A stretch of 64,000 nt of DNA, from positions 45,570,001 through 45,634,000 of the forward strand of contig OX597834.1 of NCBI GenBank assembly GCA_951406725.2, in the 5' to 3' direction. Every line of letters begins with the position of its first letter. Position 1 is the stretch's first letter. The DNA is from Octopus vulgaris (taxonomy: Eukaryota). Below are positions 42,001-54,790 of this stretch, piece after piece. The notes under the pieces are model-generated. The model worked only from the letters and a program-made list of their open reading frames with translations, ran no database searches and was not told where the DNA came from. The position numbers and the translations under genes were made by a program.

Positions 42001-42297
42001 CAAAAATTAGGAAATGGTGTAGATAATATCGAGGCTGCATATATTTCAAAGGTAGCGGTACTTCGGAAGTAGTAAATTATCCAAACATGGAGTTGACCGC
42101 AGCCTACTCTTCAGGCTAAAGATACCGTGGTTGTATGAAGTTTACATTAGCGTTAAGGAATCCCGTGCAAACTCGTTGGGGATAATCAAGTCTTTTTGCG
42201 GTCTGCTCAGTGTTAAGATAATTTACTACGTCCGAAGTTCTGCTAGCTACGAAACGTATGTAGTCTCGATTTTACCTACTCCATTCCCTAAATTTTG
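42001..42297. mobile_element. Inverted pair of a PLE-LTR-like sequence (arms about 100 bp)
   Basis: caaaaattaggaaatggtgtagataa pairs with ttacctactccattccctaaattttg; acttcggaagtagtaaattatc pairs with gataatttactacgtccgaagt. Confidence 0.75.
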
Positions 42298-42526
42298 GGT
42301 ATTTATAGGCATATACACCCCAACCCATCCCGGGACTAACCGTGACCTATAAAACTGTTTTCAGCTTCTTGTATGTTCTTCGAGACGGAAAAGATGCACA
42401 ACATTCTGCAACAATAAACCACTGTTGTTCTTGATTGTTTTTTTATATATTTCTACGGATTACTTGAATTTCACAAACTTCCTACAATTTCACCTTGGAT
42501 CTTGTCTTTACACACACATACACACG

Positions 42527-42575
<49 letters not shown>

Positions 42576-42576
42576 G

Positions 42577-42607
<31 letters not shown>

Positions 42608-42634
42608 GCGTGTGTGTATATATATATACGTATG

Positions 42635-43030
42635 TACAGGCTGTCGTCTAAATTACGCAAAAATTAAAATAACACTTACATTTCATTTTAACAGATATAT
42701 TTATCGAAACTAGATAAAAATATTTTGAAGTACTAAAGAGTAAAATTATTCAATAAAGTCGCTCTTGGCTTCAACAGTGGCCTGCATACGACTTTGGAAT
42801 CTCCTGCAACTCTTCTGGACGGTTTCCTGGTTTATGCTGGTGAATGTTGCCATAATCCTTGTGTTCAGTTCATCATTGGTATTACAAGAAGTTTTTTTAG
42901 TTGCTCTCTCGGTCAACTGCACCCCATACATAATAACCAAATGAATTATAGTCCGGGGATTTAGGTGGCCACATGTTAAAGGTTATACGGTCACAGATAT
43001 TGACTGGGTTCTCCTGCTTGTGTGGCATGT
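42635..43030 (-). mobile_element. 3' half of a maT-like transposon (same family as 878-1665)
   Basis: MWPPKSPDYNSFGYYVWGAV, RRFQSRMQATVEAKSDFIE; end tacaggctgtcgtctaaattacgc. Confidence 0.82.
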
Positions 43031-43462
43031 TGCGGACTGTGTAGTTGACAAAATCAAAACAAACGATGCTCATGCACAAAATTAAAATATACGATGTCTT
43101 CCTGTATATAGAGTAAAGCAATCTACTTCAATGTTTAAGAAGTTCATTTTGTATAGATTGTTTTCCGGTTTGATTAATTTGCGTGGCATCATGGGTAATG
43201 CTTCCAAACTTTCTGAGACAAATCATTTTGCATGGATCTGTGTAAAAATTCCTCTGGTTTATTCTACATACATTTCGAAATGATTGTCCTTATCACATAT
43301 TTCATTCTACCTGAGAATTACGAACCCGTTAGCCGTGCCTTTGAAAGTTTAGCATCTTTTATTCAGGAGCAGGTAATATAGTTGATCGATGAACATAATC
43401 CATATTTTCAAACGACTGATATGAAAGAGCTTCTAATTGCACAAACATCCAAGTATATATAT

Positions 43463-43513
<51 letters not shown>

Positions 43514-43522
43514 ATATATATA

Positions 43523-43640
<118 letters not shown>

Positions 43641-43861
43641 ATATATAATATGTTTCATGTGTGACGAAAAGAGTGAGTGAGAAGATGTGGGAGAAAGGAT
43701 ATGCGAAAGGCCGAGGAAGTGAGAGAGAGAATCTTATTCAGTTGATTTCTGTTCGGTTTGTATTATTACTGTTCAGGAGCAGAAAGGAGACAGAAACCAG
43801 ATGTTACACGAAAGCTGCTCATCTTTACACGCGGTTAAGCTAATTACTACTTCACTAGCAC

Positions 43862-43930
43862 TACCACCACCACCACCACCACCACCACCACCACCACCAC
43901 CACCACCACCACCACCACCACCACCACCCC
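43862..43930. repeat. (CAC)n microsatellite
   Basis: Direct inspection. Confidence 0.97.
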
Positions 43931-44047
43931 AACCAACAGCAGCAACAGCATTCTACTACTACTACCACCTTTACTACTAATTCTGTTAATATCAAAAATA
44001 GCAGTGCTATTGTTAATAACAACAGCAACAAAAATAATAATAAATAT

Positions 44048-44117
<70 letters not shown>

Positions 44118-45214
44118 TACAAAATTAGAAACAAATATAAATAACAAAATTAGTGGCAATCCAAACATAATGATAAATATTAAAAATAATTTAATGATAC
44201 TAAAAATAATAATTATCGTTCTGCTGTTCTTCTTTTGTTTTTTTCTTCTTGGCACTAATATTAATGATATAGAGTTACATTGTTCAAACAGTAAATGGAA
44301 TTCTTTTTTAATTTTAAGACAAAAAGACAAAAACCCGTTAAATGCAAGTATAAACACCAATGCAATATATATAGCCATTTATTGTGTGTGTATGTATGTA
44401 TGTATGTATATTTGTGTGTGTGTTTGTGAGTAAGTTGTGTATGTATGCACACGTTTCTCTAAGCATACACACATACACACACTCAGATTCACACACGCAG
44501 ATACACGCACACACACAAACACACGTATACGCATTGGCTGATGTGTTCAAATGCATTCTACAACAAGAATATGCAGAGAAGCACATATACTGAAAATCAT
44601 ACACACATATATACATACGCAGAGAGACAGTCAGAAGCACAAACACACACGTCCACACACACATACATACACAGACACACAGACACACACAAAATTGCAA
44701 CGATAGCAAATAATGAGCATTCTCTAATCATTTAGAAATTAATTCTATTTAAAGCGAAGATTATTCCAGTAAGGTGTGGGACTGCGCCATAATCTACAAG
44801 TTAATTACACGAATTAAGCCAACTATCCAATTGATATAAACAATTGTGTTTTTAGCGAATTCATAATTAATAGGTGCAGTCATGCGGAAATGGAGATTCT
44901 ATGAAGTATGAAGACTGATAATAATTCCATAAAATCTAGGACAATTCGAAAGAATACAAGAGAAAATGATACTGTCTTTATTGACTTTGTTTTTGTGTTA
45001 AAAAATCTTTTGTTGAAGAATGGATTTCTTCAAAATGACGGAATGGAATGGAGGGAATATTGCTTCGATGTTGGTTGTTTCTATTTTTATCTTTTTTATT
45101 TTTTGTGTAGGAGCTGTTCTTGTTATCGTTGTCGTTCTGTGGGGTTGTTTTGTGATTTTCTTTACTGGTCTTCTTGTCACTACTGTTTTTCAATATTCTT
45201 TTTATTTGTGTATA

Positions 45215-45258
<44 letters not shown>

Positions 45259-45300
45259 TGCATACATAAATACATACATGCATACATAAATACATACATG

Positions 45301-45332
<32 letters not shown>

Positions 45333-47051
45333 TATATTTATTTATTTATATATATACATATATACATACGATGGATAATTGTCAGCAAATTACAGCTGTT
45401 TCTTAAGAATCATTTTAAACAGGAGAATGAGAACATTACCCCAAAACAAAAAAGAAACCGTAATCGTGAAATGAAAAGTAATTTTACAAACAAAAGAATA
45501 TTCCAAGAGTACAGTAGGGATGAGCCTGAAGTCTGTGGAGGCCAACTATGAAACGGAAGAATGGCCAACGAAGTATATGTATATATATATGCGTGTGCTT
45601 GTCTGTACGTATGTTTGTACGCATGTAATCTGGATGTTTCAAATATTGAACACTCCAAAGGTATCTGTCGTATGGCTTTACTTTTTCGGAGCACATTAGT
45701 GCTTACAGTTCCATACTGAGCGTCTAGATAACATTTTTATGAGAATATCTCATTCTTTCAAGCAAACTCTAAATCCTATTTCACGAAAGTGATAATAATC
45801 CGAGGGCCGATTTCCGCAGAGATACCTCTTATTGTGGCTTACGTTTTTTTTTTTTGTGTGTGACTCGCCATGTAGTTTGATTTATCAATTTATTTTAATG
45901 GTTAATAAAACATTCTGTTTGAGATTCCATCTCCCGTTCCAGTACCAGGATTATATTAAAGCTTTCACTCTCGTAAGTAATAACAGACCACATGACACAT
46001 ATCAGACAGAGTTTCCTCAAATTTCTGACGAGCGATGAATTGAAACCTGGACAATTTTTTAGGTAAAATCAGAAACTTGTAGACGTTTATCTTTTGTCTA
46101 TCCTCTACGAAATTCTTGTTCCAATATCTTTCATAAGTCAGACAATTCTCCTCCCCTTTCATGATGGCAAAGCATGTGATATTTTCGTTCTTTTCGAATG
46201 TGAGCTGCGTTGACGTTGTTCTTGTTGTTGACGGTATTTACTTCAACCTGCACTAATTTATCGATACAGTTTCTATCATTGATATTTTATTGTCACTTTT
46301 GTACTGACAAACTACTTGCTTTTAATAATTGTTTGCGTGTCATCATTCGCAATGCGTCTCAAGTAATTCTTTTCATCGAAATTGTAACTCTTAAATTTTA
46401 TTTCGCGTTCCTTATTTTCTACATAGAAATTCCATGTTCCTATAAGAGCTTTGTTTTGCTAAAATACTTGCCATGTACACACATAATCTTGTATGTGTAC
46501 ACAGGCTTATTATGACCATTCTCTGAATCTCTTCCTAGAAACACCATCGAGAAGGAATTTCGAAAATCAAATAAAGCAACCAAATATATCAAATACATTA
46601 TTCCACACCCACCCCCACCAATCAAGAAAAAAAACAGGTTATTACACAGAAACTTTAGTTTTAAATCATTTCACTACAAATGGAAAAGTTAAAGAAAGAA
46701 TACGCAAACAAAAATGAACGTTATTGTTCCATTAACAGGAAACTTCGCATTTTCTCTTGTAATACAAACAATGTAAACGATGAAATAATGGTTCGTTTTA
46801 TTTGCCGAAACCCCCAAAACTTTGCAGATAATACAAGAACGGAATTCAAAAATAACAGATAGCAATGAAACCTTAACGGAAAAAGTTCCTGCTGGATGTG
46901 TGCTAAATGAATTGAAGACATCCAGCACAAAACTACGGTTTACACTTTGTGTCAAAAAAAACAAAAGCATCTATTCATGGTACCTTAACATCAATGTGAA
47001 AGTACATAAGCGAAAAAAAATCAAATTTACTAAGTAATTCTCATAGACTTT

Positions 47052-47202
<151 letters not shown>

Positions 47203-47649
47203 TACAATTTCCTATTAGAACACGTCGAGTAATGTGTCCATTTCGAAGTATTTATTTCATACTACGCCGGTATATTCATCGAAGGACAAAACCTTATCTA
47301 AAAAGCGGATGAAAAATTATAACGCGATATAGTTTTGAAAAGGGAAAGAAATATACCAGGAAACCGAAATAAGAACCGATGCGAAACACTGGTGAATATG
47401 CACTTAGCAAAGTTTCTAATTATCGAATTGATTAATTTATAAAGTAATTAGCAAAATATTGCAATAAAATAAAACCTCTTATCGAAAATTGAGGAAATAT
47501 GAAATGAAATCAAATTTAATATATATTATTTAATAAGTTTCGAAAATTATTAACAAGCTTCAGACTTTGTCGAAAATAACATGGCTTCCAACTGAATGTT
47601 GATTTCGGTTCTTTGGTTTGTGTTCCTTGGTGTGGTGAGGTTCGAATTG

Positions 47650-48010
47650 ATTATGAAGCTCGCTTAGAACCGAAGTGTGCTCGGGTTCAATCCCACTGTG
47701 TGGCATTTTTTATGAATGTAATCAGTTCTACTATAAACATGGGAAGACTAATGACTTATGCATGGATTTGGTAGACGGAAAGTGTGAGACAGCCAGATGT
47801 CGTTTTGTATTCGTTTGCTTCTTTCAGTCATTTGACTTGGGCCGTGCTGGGACACAGCCTCAGTTGGCGTTGGTCGAAGAAATCTAGCCCAAAATTTATC
47901 GTTTAAAGCCTAGTACTTATTCTATCAGCTTCTTTTGCCGAACTGCGAAGTTCAGGTGACGTAAACACATAATCGGTTGTCAAGCGATGGTGGAGGGACA
48001 AAGACACACA
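47650..48010. mobile_element. OR-like SINE head (+, about 47650-47790) joined to an OR-like tail (-, about 47810-48010)
   Basis: gggttcaatcccactgtgtggca, ggatttggtagacggaaa; then cagtcatttgact..gcctagtacttattctatc..ggttgtcaagcgatg. Confidence 0.7.
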
Positions 48011-48033
48011 CACACATACCCACATACACATAC

Positions 48034-48083
<50 letters not shown>

Positions 48084-48823
48084 ACTACACCTCATTTGTT
48101 GAATCTTATAAATTAGGAAACCGGTAAACTGGGGCTTCTGAAGTCATAGATATACTCCAACAAAGATTTCTAAATTGTTCCGAGCCTATGGCAAGAAATC
48201 CGAAACTCGTTTCTACACATATGGCTTTATATACATAGAAGAGAAGCCCTCTCCAACCAGGGATTTACCACAGGCTCCACGGCTTCATATAACCCCCTGA
48301 ATTGTGCCTAATGCTCTGTTCAACGCTCGTAGGATGAGTTTCGGTGTGCAGATGCAGTCAGAACGCTTCCTGCTGGGTTCAGCATCATTGTCTCCGTTGC
48401 ACTTTTCAATGTCACATCTTAAGGCCTTTACGGTGTTTGCAGATTATTGAGCGATCATGATTTCGGAATTTTTGAAACTACGCGATTATCATGATACAGA
48501 TAATTCTCTTCTAATATTCAGAAAGCTTGAGGGGACAAGCTGGAAGGATCGTTGGCAAATAGTCAGCGGGCTTCTATACGTTCTGCGTTCAAATTCCGAC
48601 GACATCGGCTAACCCTTTGAACCGTAATTTAGATGGCCTCCGTCCACCATCACATCTAACTTTTTGCAACCCCAACGTTAATCCTTGTGTTCTCCCACGC
48701 CATTAAATTTTGCCTCTGTATCAAACACATCGTGTCATAAAGAAGATATACCACGCTATAGCCTGAAGACGCTGTTTGTTTATATATATATACACACACA
48801 CAATTGTATGTATATACTGTATG

Positions 48824-48877
<54 letters not shown>

Positions 48878-49199
48878 TTATGTACAACGATACTAAACTA
48901 CTGATGTTGGAATATATTCGTGTTCGAATCGTTAGATAGGTACAGAGCGTAATAGGAAATTAAATAAATACAGGAACAAGAAATTATACAATTAACTTCT
49001 GCTATTAGGTACGATGCAGTCTATTTTGTTATGACTTCATTAGCTGAAGGCTATTTCTGCTCTAAAATGCATCACCCTATAGCTTCATCCGTCCTTCAAA
49101 CATGAGGTGGAATTTTATTCGGGAAGACATGGTTTTTAACCTTCAATGAATATATTTCACATCATATATATTGTTATTTTTTTTATACTAATATTTTTT

Positions 49200-49382
49200 G
49201 TATATATACAAGTGCTAACCACCAGAGAAATTGTCCTTCATTTTTGAAGCTCTGACGAAGGCAGAGTATGATACGCAAGACAACCAACTGCGGGAACACT
49301 GCATTTTAGACCGGAAAAAGCTTTAAGCTAGGGTTCATAACAAAATTTCCTGCTCCTTTGTCATTTATTCAATTTTTTTTTA
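49200..49382 (+). mobile_element. PLE-LTR-like repeat with a canonical-core minimal hammerhead motif
   Basis: AGCT-CTGACGA-(stem II, imperfect)-GAA-AAAGCTTT-A-AGCT at 49248-49329; ends in a CA/TA tract. Confidence 0.6.
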
Positions 49383-49550
49383 CACATACACATATACTCA
49401 CACGGATATATTCTCACACACACACTCACACTCTCTATCTATTTTTCTATCTCTCCCACACACACACACATGCATAAACATTACTGAAAACACAGAATTT
49501 GAAGTAATTTGAAGGAAATATCCTATTATATGTAAGCACAGATGTGTATT

Positions 49551-49584
<34 letters not shown>

Positions 49585-49625
49585 TGTATTTATATAAAAG
49601 TGTGGCTGTTACCACTTATAAGTAA

Positions 49626-49660
<35 letters not shown>

Positions 49661-50152
49661 TGTGTGTGTGTGTGTGTATATTATATATATACACGCATGC
49701 TTATATATACACACATATATATACATACATTTACATACATATATGTATTCTTTACCGAAGATAGCATAATGAATTTAAAGTTATTTTAATTACATTTTTT
49801 TTCTGTAATTCATAGATTTATAATACGAAATTTCTTTTACATCTATATGTCTCTAATTAACTCAGAAATTAATTACGTAAACTAATATAGGACTTCATTT
49901 TACATTTTCATTTACTTCGTTGTCTGAACACATTTTTTTTATTTAGTTGTATTTATTTATTAATATATTTATATATTTGTCTACTATTTGCCCAAAGAGC
50001 ATGAAAGCGACGTTGGGAAAATGGTTTTGAATTATGCCCATTATGTCTTCCGTACGTTTCTCGACTATTCGGAACTTGGAGCTAGACTTTATGATGGAGT
50101 TCAAAGAAGAGAAAGTCTAAAATTTCGTCAACAAATTGTTGCCTCCGTTTTC

Positions 50153-50306
50153 GCTGTTGTTGTTGTTGTTGTTACGATTGTCATTATTATCATTAATATT
50201 GTTGTTGTTGATGTTATTAATATTAATATTATCATCATCATCATCATCAATAATTTTATTTTTATTATCTTTATCTTCATCGTTACGATCATTATTATTT
50301 TTGTCG

Positions 50307-50386
<80 letters not shown>

Positions 50387-50436
50387 ATTATTATTATTAT
50401 TATTATTATCATTATTATTATTATTATTATTATTAC
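50153..50436. repeat. Imperfect (TTA/TTG/TCA)n trinucleotide tract
   Basis: Direct inspection. Confidence 0.93.
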
Positions 50437-52207
50437 TGTCCTCGTCAATTAGCTCCAGGGCAACCTGAAAGAGCAGACGTAGAATCAAAAGCACTCCAAC
50501 AGTGGCCTTCCTGTCTTTTATTCCAAATTCAGATGAAAAAAAACAAATACTGAAAAGATGGAATCACAAAGAGAAACGGATACAAGGTCAGAAGAAAAAA
50601 TAAAGAAAGAACAAAAGAAAACCGAGAGAGAGAGAAAGAGAGAGAGAGTGTGTGTGTGATGGGAGAGAGACAAAGCGATGGCTAAAGTGAAAGTAGAGCT
50701 TTGTGTGCGCATGTGTTTTGTTTGTGTGTTCAAAAGATATAAAGAGATAAGACGTCAAAGAACTTTAAAGACAATGAGCAAATCGAGGAGGCGGGGTCAT
50801 ACGTAAGATAAAAGAACGAAGCGGGATCCTGTGATATATTTAGTACGAAGCTTTACCAATTTCATCAATCATCTCTTTTGTATCGATAGCCATCATTATC
50901 TGATTGATTTGTGCGATTTAAAGTGTCTTCGATGAAAGTTCTAAAAATATCACATGTTCTCAGTTGTTGATTGGAAGAAGATACGCAATGCACTGCAATG
51001 ACGATGGGGGAGGGGTGGGGTTCACATTTTCTTTCATTGTTTTATTGTTTTCCGGCTTGTAATACTAACCTCGTAAAATGGGAGTGAACGTGCGCGTGTG
51101 TGTGACTATGCACACATGAGTGTGCGTGTGTGTTTGTGGGTGAGAGAAAAAAAGAGAGTGTGTGAGTGAGAGAGAGAGAGAGAAAAGGAATACCTGTGAG
51201 AGATAGAATGAGCGTGCTATGTATATATATATATATATGTATAACATATATATATATATATGTATATATTTATATATATATATATATACAAACACACACA
51301 CTCATATATATATGTATATTTATATATATATATATATATGCACATATATACATATCAAGAGAGAAGGAGGGAGAGATAGAATGTATGCGTGAGAGAGGGA
51401 GTATCCGTGTGTGTGAGTGCATGTGTTTATGACTGTATATGTGTGCACGAGTAAGCGAATGCAAGTGTGTATGTGTATCTCTGAAAGTACATATGTGTAT
51501 AAATGTGTGTACGTGCAACTGATATCTGTAAGAGTGTATATGCATATATGTGGGTGTGGTAGAGAGAATGCGTATATATGTATATGAGGGCGCGTGCGCA
51601 TGTATGCGTGAGTGTATGTGTGTATGCATGTGTGTATTTTACTGTGTGTGTGAGAGGGAAAGAGATCTCCAGCTCATCCAATGAAATGATTGGACACGAT
51701 TTTGTTTAGTGGCTTTATTTTTATTTTTATATTTATTTTATTTTAATTTTTAGGTTGAAAATTAGGCAGAAACTCATTATCAGTAATCAGATCATATTAA
51801 GCGAATGAGAAACATTGAGAGAATGAATGAATTAATTAATTAATGAATGAATGGCAGGAAGGAAAAAAGGAAGGAAGGAAGAAAGGGAGGAAGGAAGGAA
51901 GGAAGGAAGGCAGGAAGGAAGGAAGGAAGGGAGGAAGGAAGGGGAAAGAAAGAAAGGAAGTAGGAAAGAAAGAAATTAAAATGTAGAACGAAAAGATACG
52001 TGAAAATGAATAAAGAAAAAAACTTAACGAGAATGAAAGAATTGAAGAAATAGAAAGGAAAGAGCTTGCTGAACAACCTGCACAACCTTGGAGTGAACAA
52101 CTGTATGCACTGCATATTAGCACACTCCTTCGCATTCTGTGGACTTTCGCTGTTCTGGTGGTGCACCACTGCGCCACAATAATAACTCTTTCTACTATAG
52201 ACACTAT

Positions 52208-52383
52208 AGGGGCAGGACTGGCTGTGTGGTAAGTAGCTTGCTTACCAATCACATGGTTCCAGGTTCAGTCCCACTGCGTGGCACCTTGGGCAAGTGTCTT
52301 CTACTATTGGCTCGGGCCGACCAAAGCCTTGTGAGTAGATTTGGTAGACGGAAACTGAAAGAAGCCTATCGTATATATGTATA

Positions 52384-52472
<89 letters not shown>

Positions 52473-52680
52473 TTGTGTGTCTGTGTTTGTCCCCCCCAAC
52501 ATCGCTTGACAATCGATGTTGGTGTGTTTACGACCCCGTATCTTAGTGGTTCGGCAAAAGGAATTAATAGAATAAGTACTAGGCTTCCAAAGAATAAGTC
52601 CTAGAGTCGATTTGCTTGACTAAAGGCGGTGCTCGAGCATTGCCGCAGTCAAATGACTAAAACAAGTAAGAGAGATTAAG
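52208..52680 (+). mobile_element. Full-length OR-like CORE-SINE with internal (TA)n(TG)n
   Basis: A-box tggctgtgtgg, B-box ggttcagtccc, CORE gtggcaccttgggcaagtgtctt, tail aaggcggtgctc..gcagtcaaatgactaaaacaagtaa. Confidence 0.9.
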
Positions 52681-52689
52681 AGAGACTAT

Positions 52690-52960
52690 AATACTGCCAA
52701 GCACCTTGTCCGGCTTTCTAATTATTCGGCCATCTAACTGCTTAATATTGATTTCAAATTTTTGCTCAAGGCCAGGAATTTCGAACGATGAGGTAAGCCG
52801 ATCACGTAGGCCTCAGTGCTCAATTGGCACTTAACGACCAAGGAAAAGATGAAGCGCAAAGCCGACCTCGACAGAATCTGAAATAAGGAGAACTCAGTCG
52901 GAAGAAATGACTCCAAGCGATTTTCTCCAACACGGTAACAATTCTACCAGCAAGCCGTTT
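52690..52960 (-). mobile_element. Decayed family-2 SINE pieces
   Basis: gatgaagcgcaaagccgacctcgacagaatctga..taacaattctaccagcaagccg. Confidence 0.6.
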
Positions 52961-52984
52961 CATCTCGCTGCTCAATAAGGATAA

Positions 52985-53166
<182 letters not shown>

Positions 53167-53651
53167 GAGTGAAGGCTAAAACGTAGAAATCAAATATGGC
53201 GGAAAAAACTGTAGAAACATTAAAGGAAATGCAAGATATTTGATGGAAAGTGAAAGTAAGTTGGCGGAGATAATGAGAGAGGTTAATCGTAGAAGAGTAG
53301 AAAGATATCAGAAGACTTAATACAAGATAGAGATGACAGAAGTGGGGAAGATAGAAAGAAGGAAGAAAAGAAAGAAAGAATGTGAAGTATTAATAGATAA
53401 ATTATTTTGTTTTTATTTATTAAAAATAAAAATTTCAGGGAGACAAAATTGAGTTGAGAGAAAAATGAAAAAAAGGAAAGAAAATAGAAATGAAGATGAT
53501 GATGATCAGGACATAAATTCAATTTTCGGCGATAAAAGTCTTAAGATTTATTCTTCAGCATAATCGCGATTGAAAAAGGAGACTAATCTCTTGATCCAAT
53601 GAAGGGTCGAAATTGGCAGAATCGTAGCATACATAAATAACTACTGACCGA

Positions 53652-53711
<60 letters not shown>

Positions 53712-54060
53712 GCAATAATAATAATGATAATGATAATAATAAGAGTAATGATATTAATAAGAGTAATGATATTAATAATGTATAAAAGAAAAGACAAACA
53801 GCTTATCGGTATTTAAGACTGTTTGTCTATTATTTTTGTGTCGAGACATTATTAATGAGTGTTGATGGTGGTGGATGGTGGTGGTGGTGGTGGAGCAAGT
53901 GGTCTGGCAGAGGCTTTGTTGTTGTTGTGGTTGGTAGTGGTGGTGGTGGTGGTGGTGGTGGTAGTTGGGGTTGTAAAGACTGTTATGTTGTAGGTGGAAG
54001 TGGTGGTTTTGGTAGTGATGGTTTTTGTTAATCATGGTGTCTATGGTGGTGGTGGTGGTG

Positions 54061-54092
<32 letters not shown>

Positions 54093-54574
54093 AGTGGTGG
54101 TGGTTGTGAAGGCTGTCGAGACTGGTAGTTACGGTGGTGGTATTCTTTGGGGTTGTGATGATGTGTTGGCAGTATTTTGTTGTTAGTTACTATCATTTTT
54201 GTCGGTGGTGGTGGTGAAGGCTGTCGAGACTGTGGTAGTTGCAGTGATAGTCGTGTTTGGTGTTGTGGTGATGCGTTGGCAGTATTTTGTTGTTGATCGC
54301 TGTCGCTGCCGGCGGTGGTGGGGTTGTTGTTGGTGGTGGTGGTGAATATTAAGATTTTGAACAGAAACGTACTAAAATACATAACAAATGCCTGAGAGAT
54401 AATAGAAGAGAAAAGAAAGAGTGAAGAAAGATTAATTGCTTTGAAATTATCGATGAATTTATTTACTACACATTTCCTTGTTTGATACAATATTCTTCTC
54501 TAAATTTCTTGGTTGGCAGGGGAAATCCAGCACCTCTTGCCATATTCAAGGTATCTGACATTTGTTCGGAGGAT

Positions 54575-54790
54575 TGAGGGGGTTTATCTTCAGCTCAGAG
54601 ACCTTAGTCACACAATGAATATCTGCCCCATAACTATTTTAAGCCTCTTCAAGATTGGTACGATGAAGCGTCGAGTTTATGTTCAGTTTCAAGATTGTTT
54701 TTTTCTGAAGAAGACCACATTCTCTGAGTCTTTTCAGACACTTCAACATTGTTTCGAAGAATCGAGGGATGTATTCTCACACTAGGGACC
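54575..54790 (+). mobile_element. Possible mariner 5' fragment
   Basis: MKRRVYVQFQDCFFLKKTTFSESFQTLQHCFEE resembles the mariner N-terminus MEQRxxIKFCFxLGKTxxETxxxLxxxFGE. Confidence 0.45.

Noticed and set aside
46024-46052. Hammerhead-like CTGACGA..GAAA
   Set aside because: No convincing stem II and no U-H cleavage site or helix III after GAAA
48150-48220. Possible further hammerhead (gatttct..agaaatc-cGAAAC)
   Set aside because: Stem and GAAAC are present, but the 5' core and helix I are unrecognisable
50082-50159. Neuropeptide-like QQRKRRQQFVDEILDFLFFELHHKV* on the minus strand
   Set aside because: This frame is full of TAA stops upstream and has no credible acceptor or signal peptide
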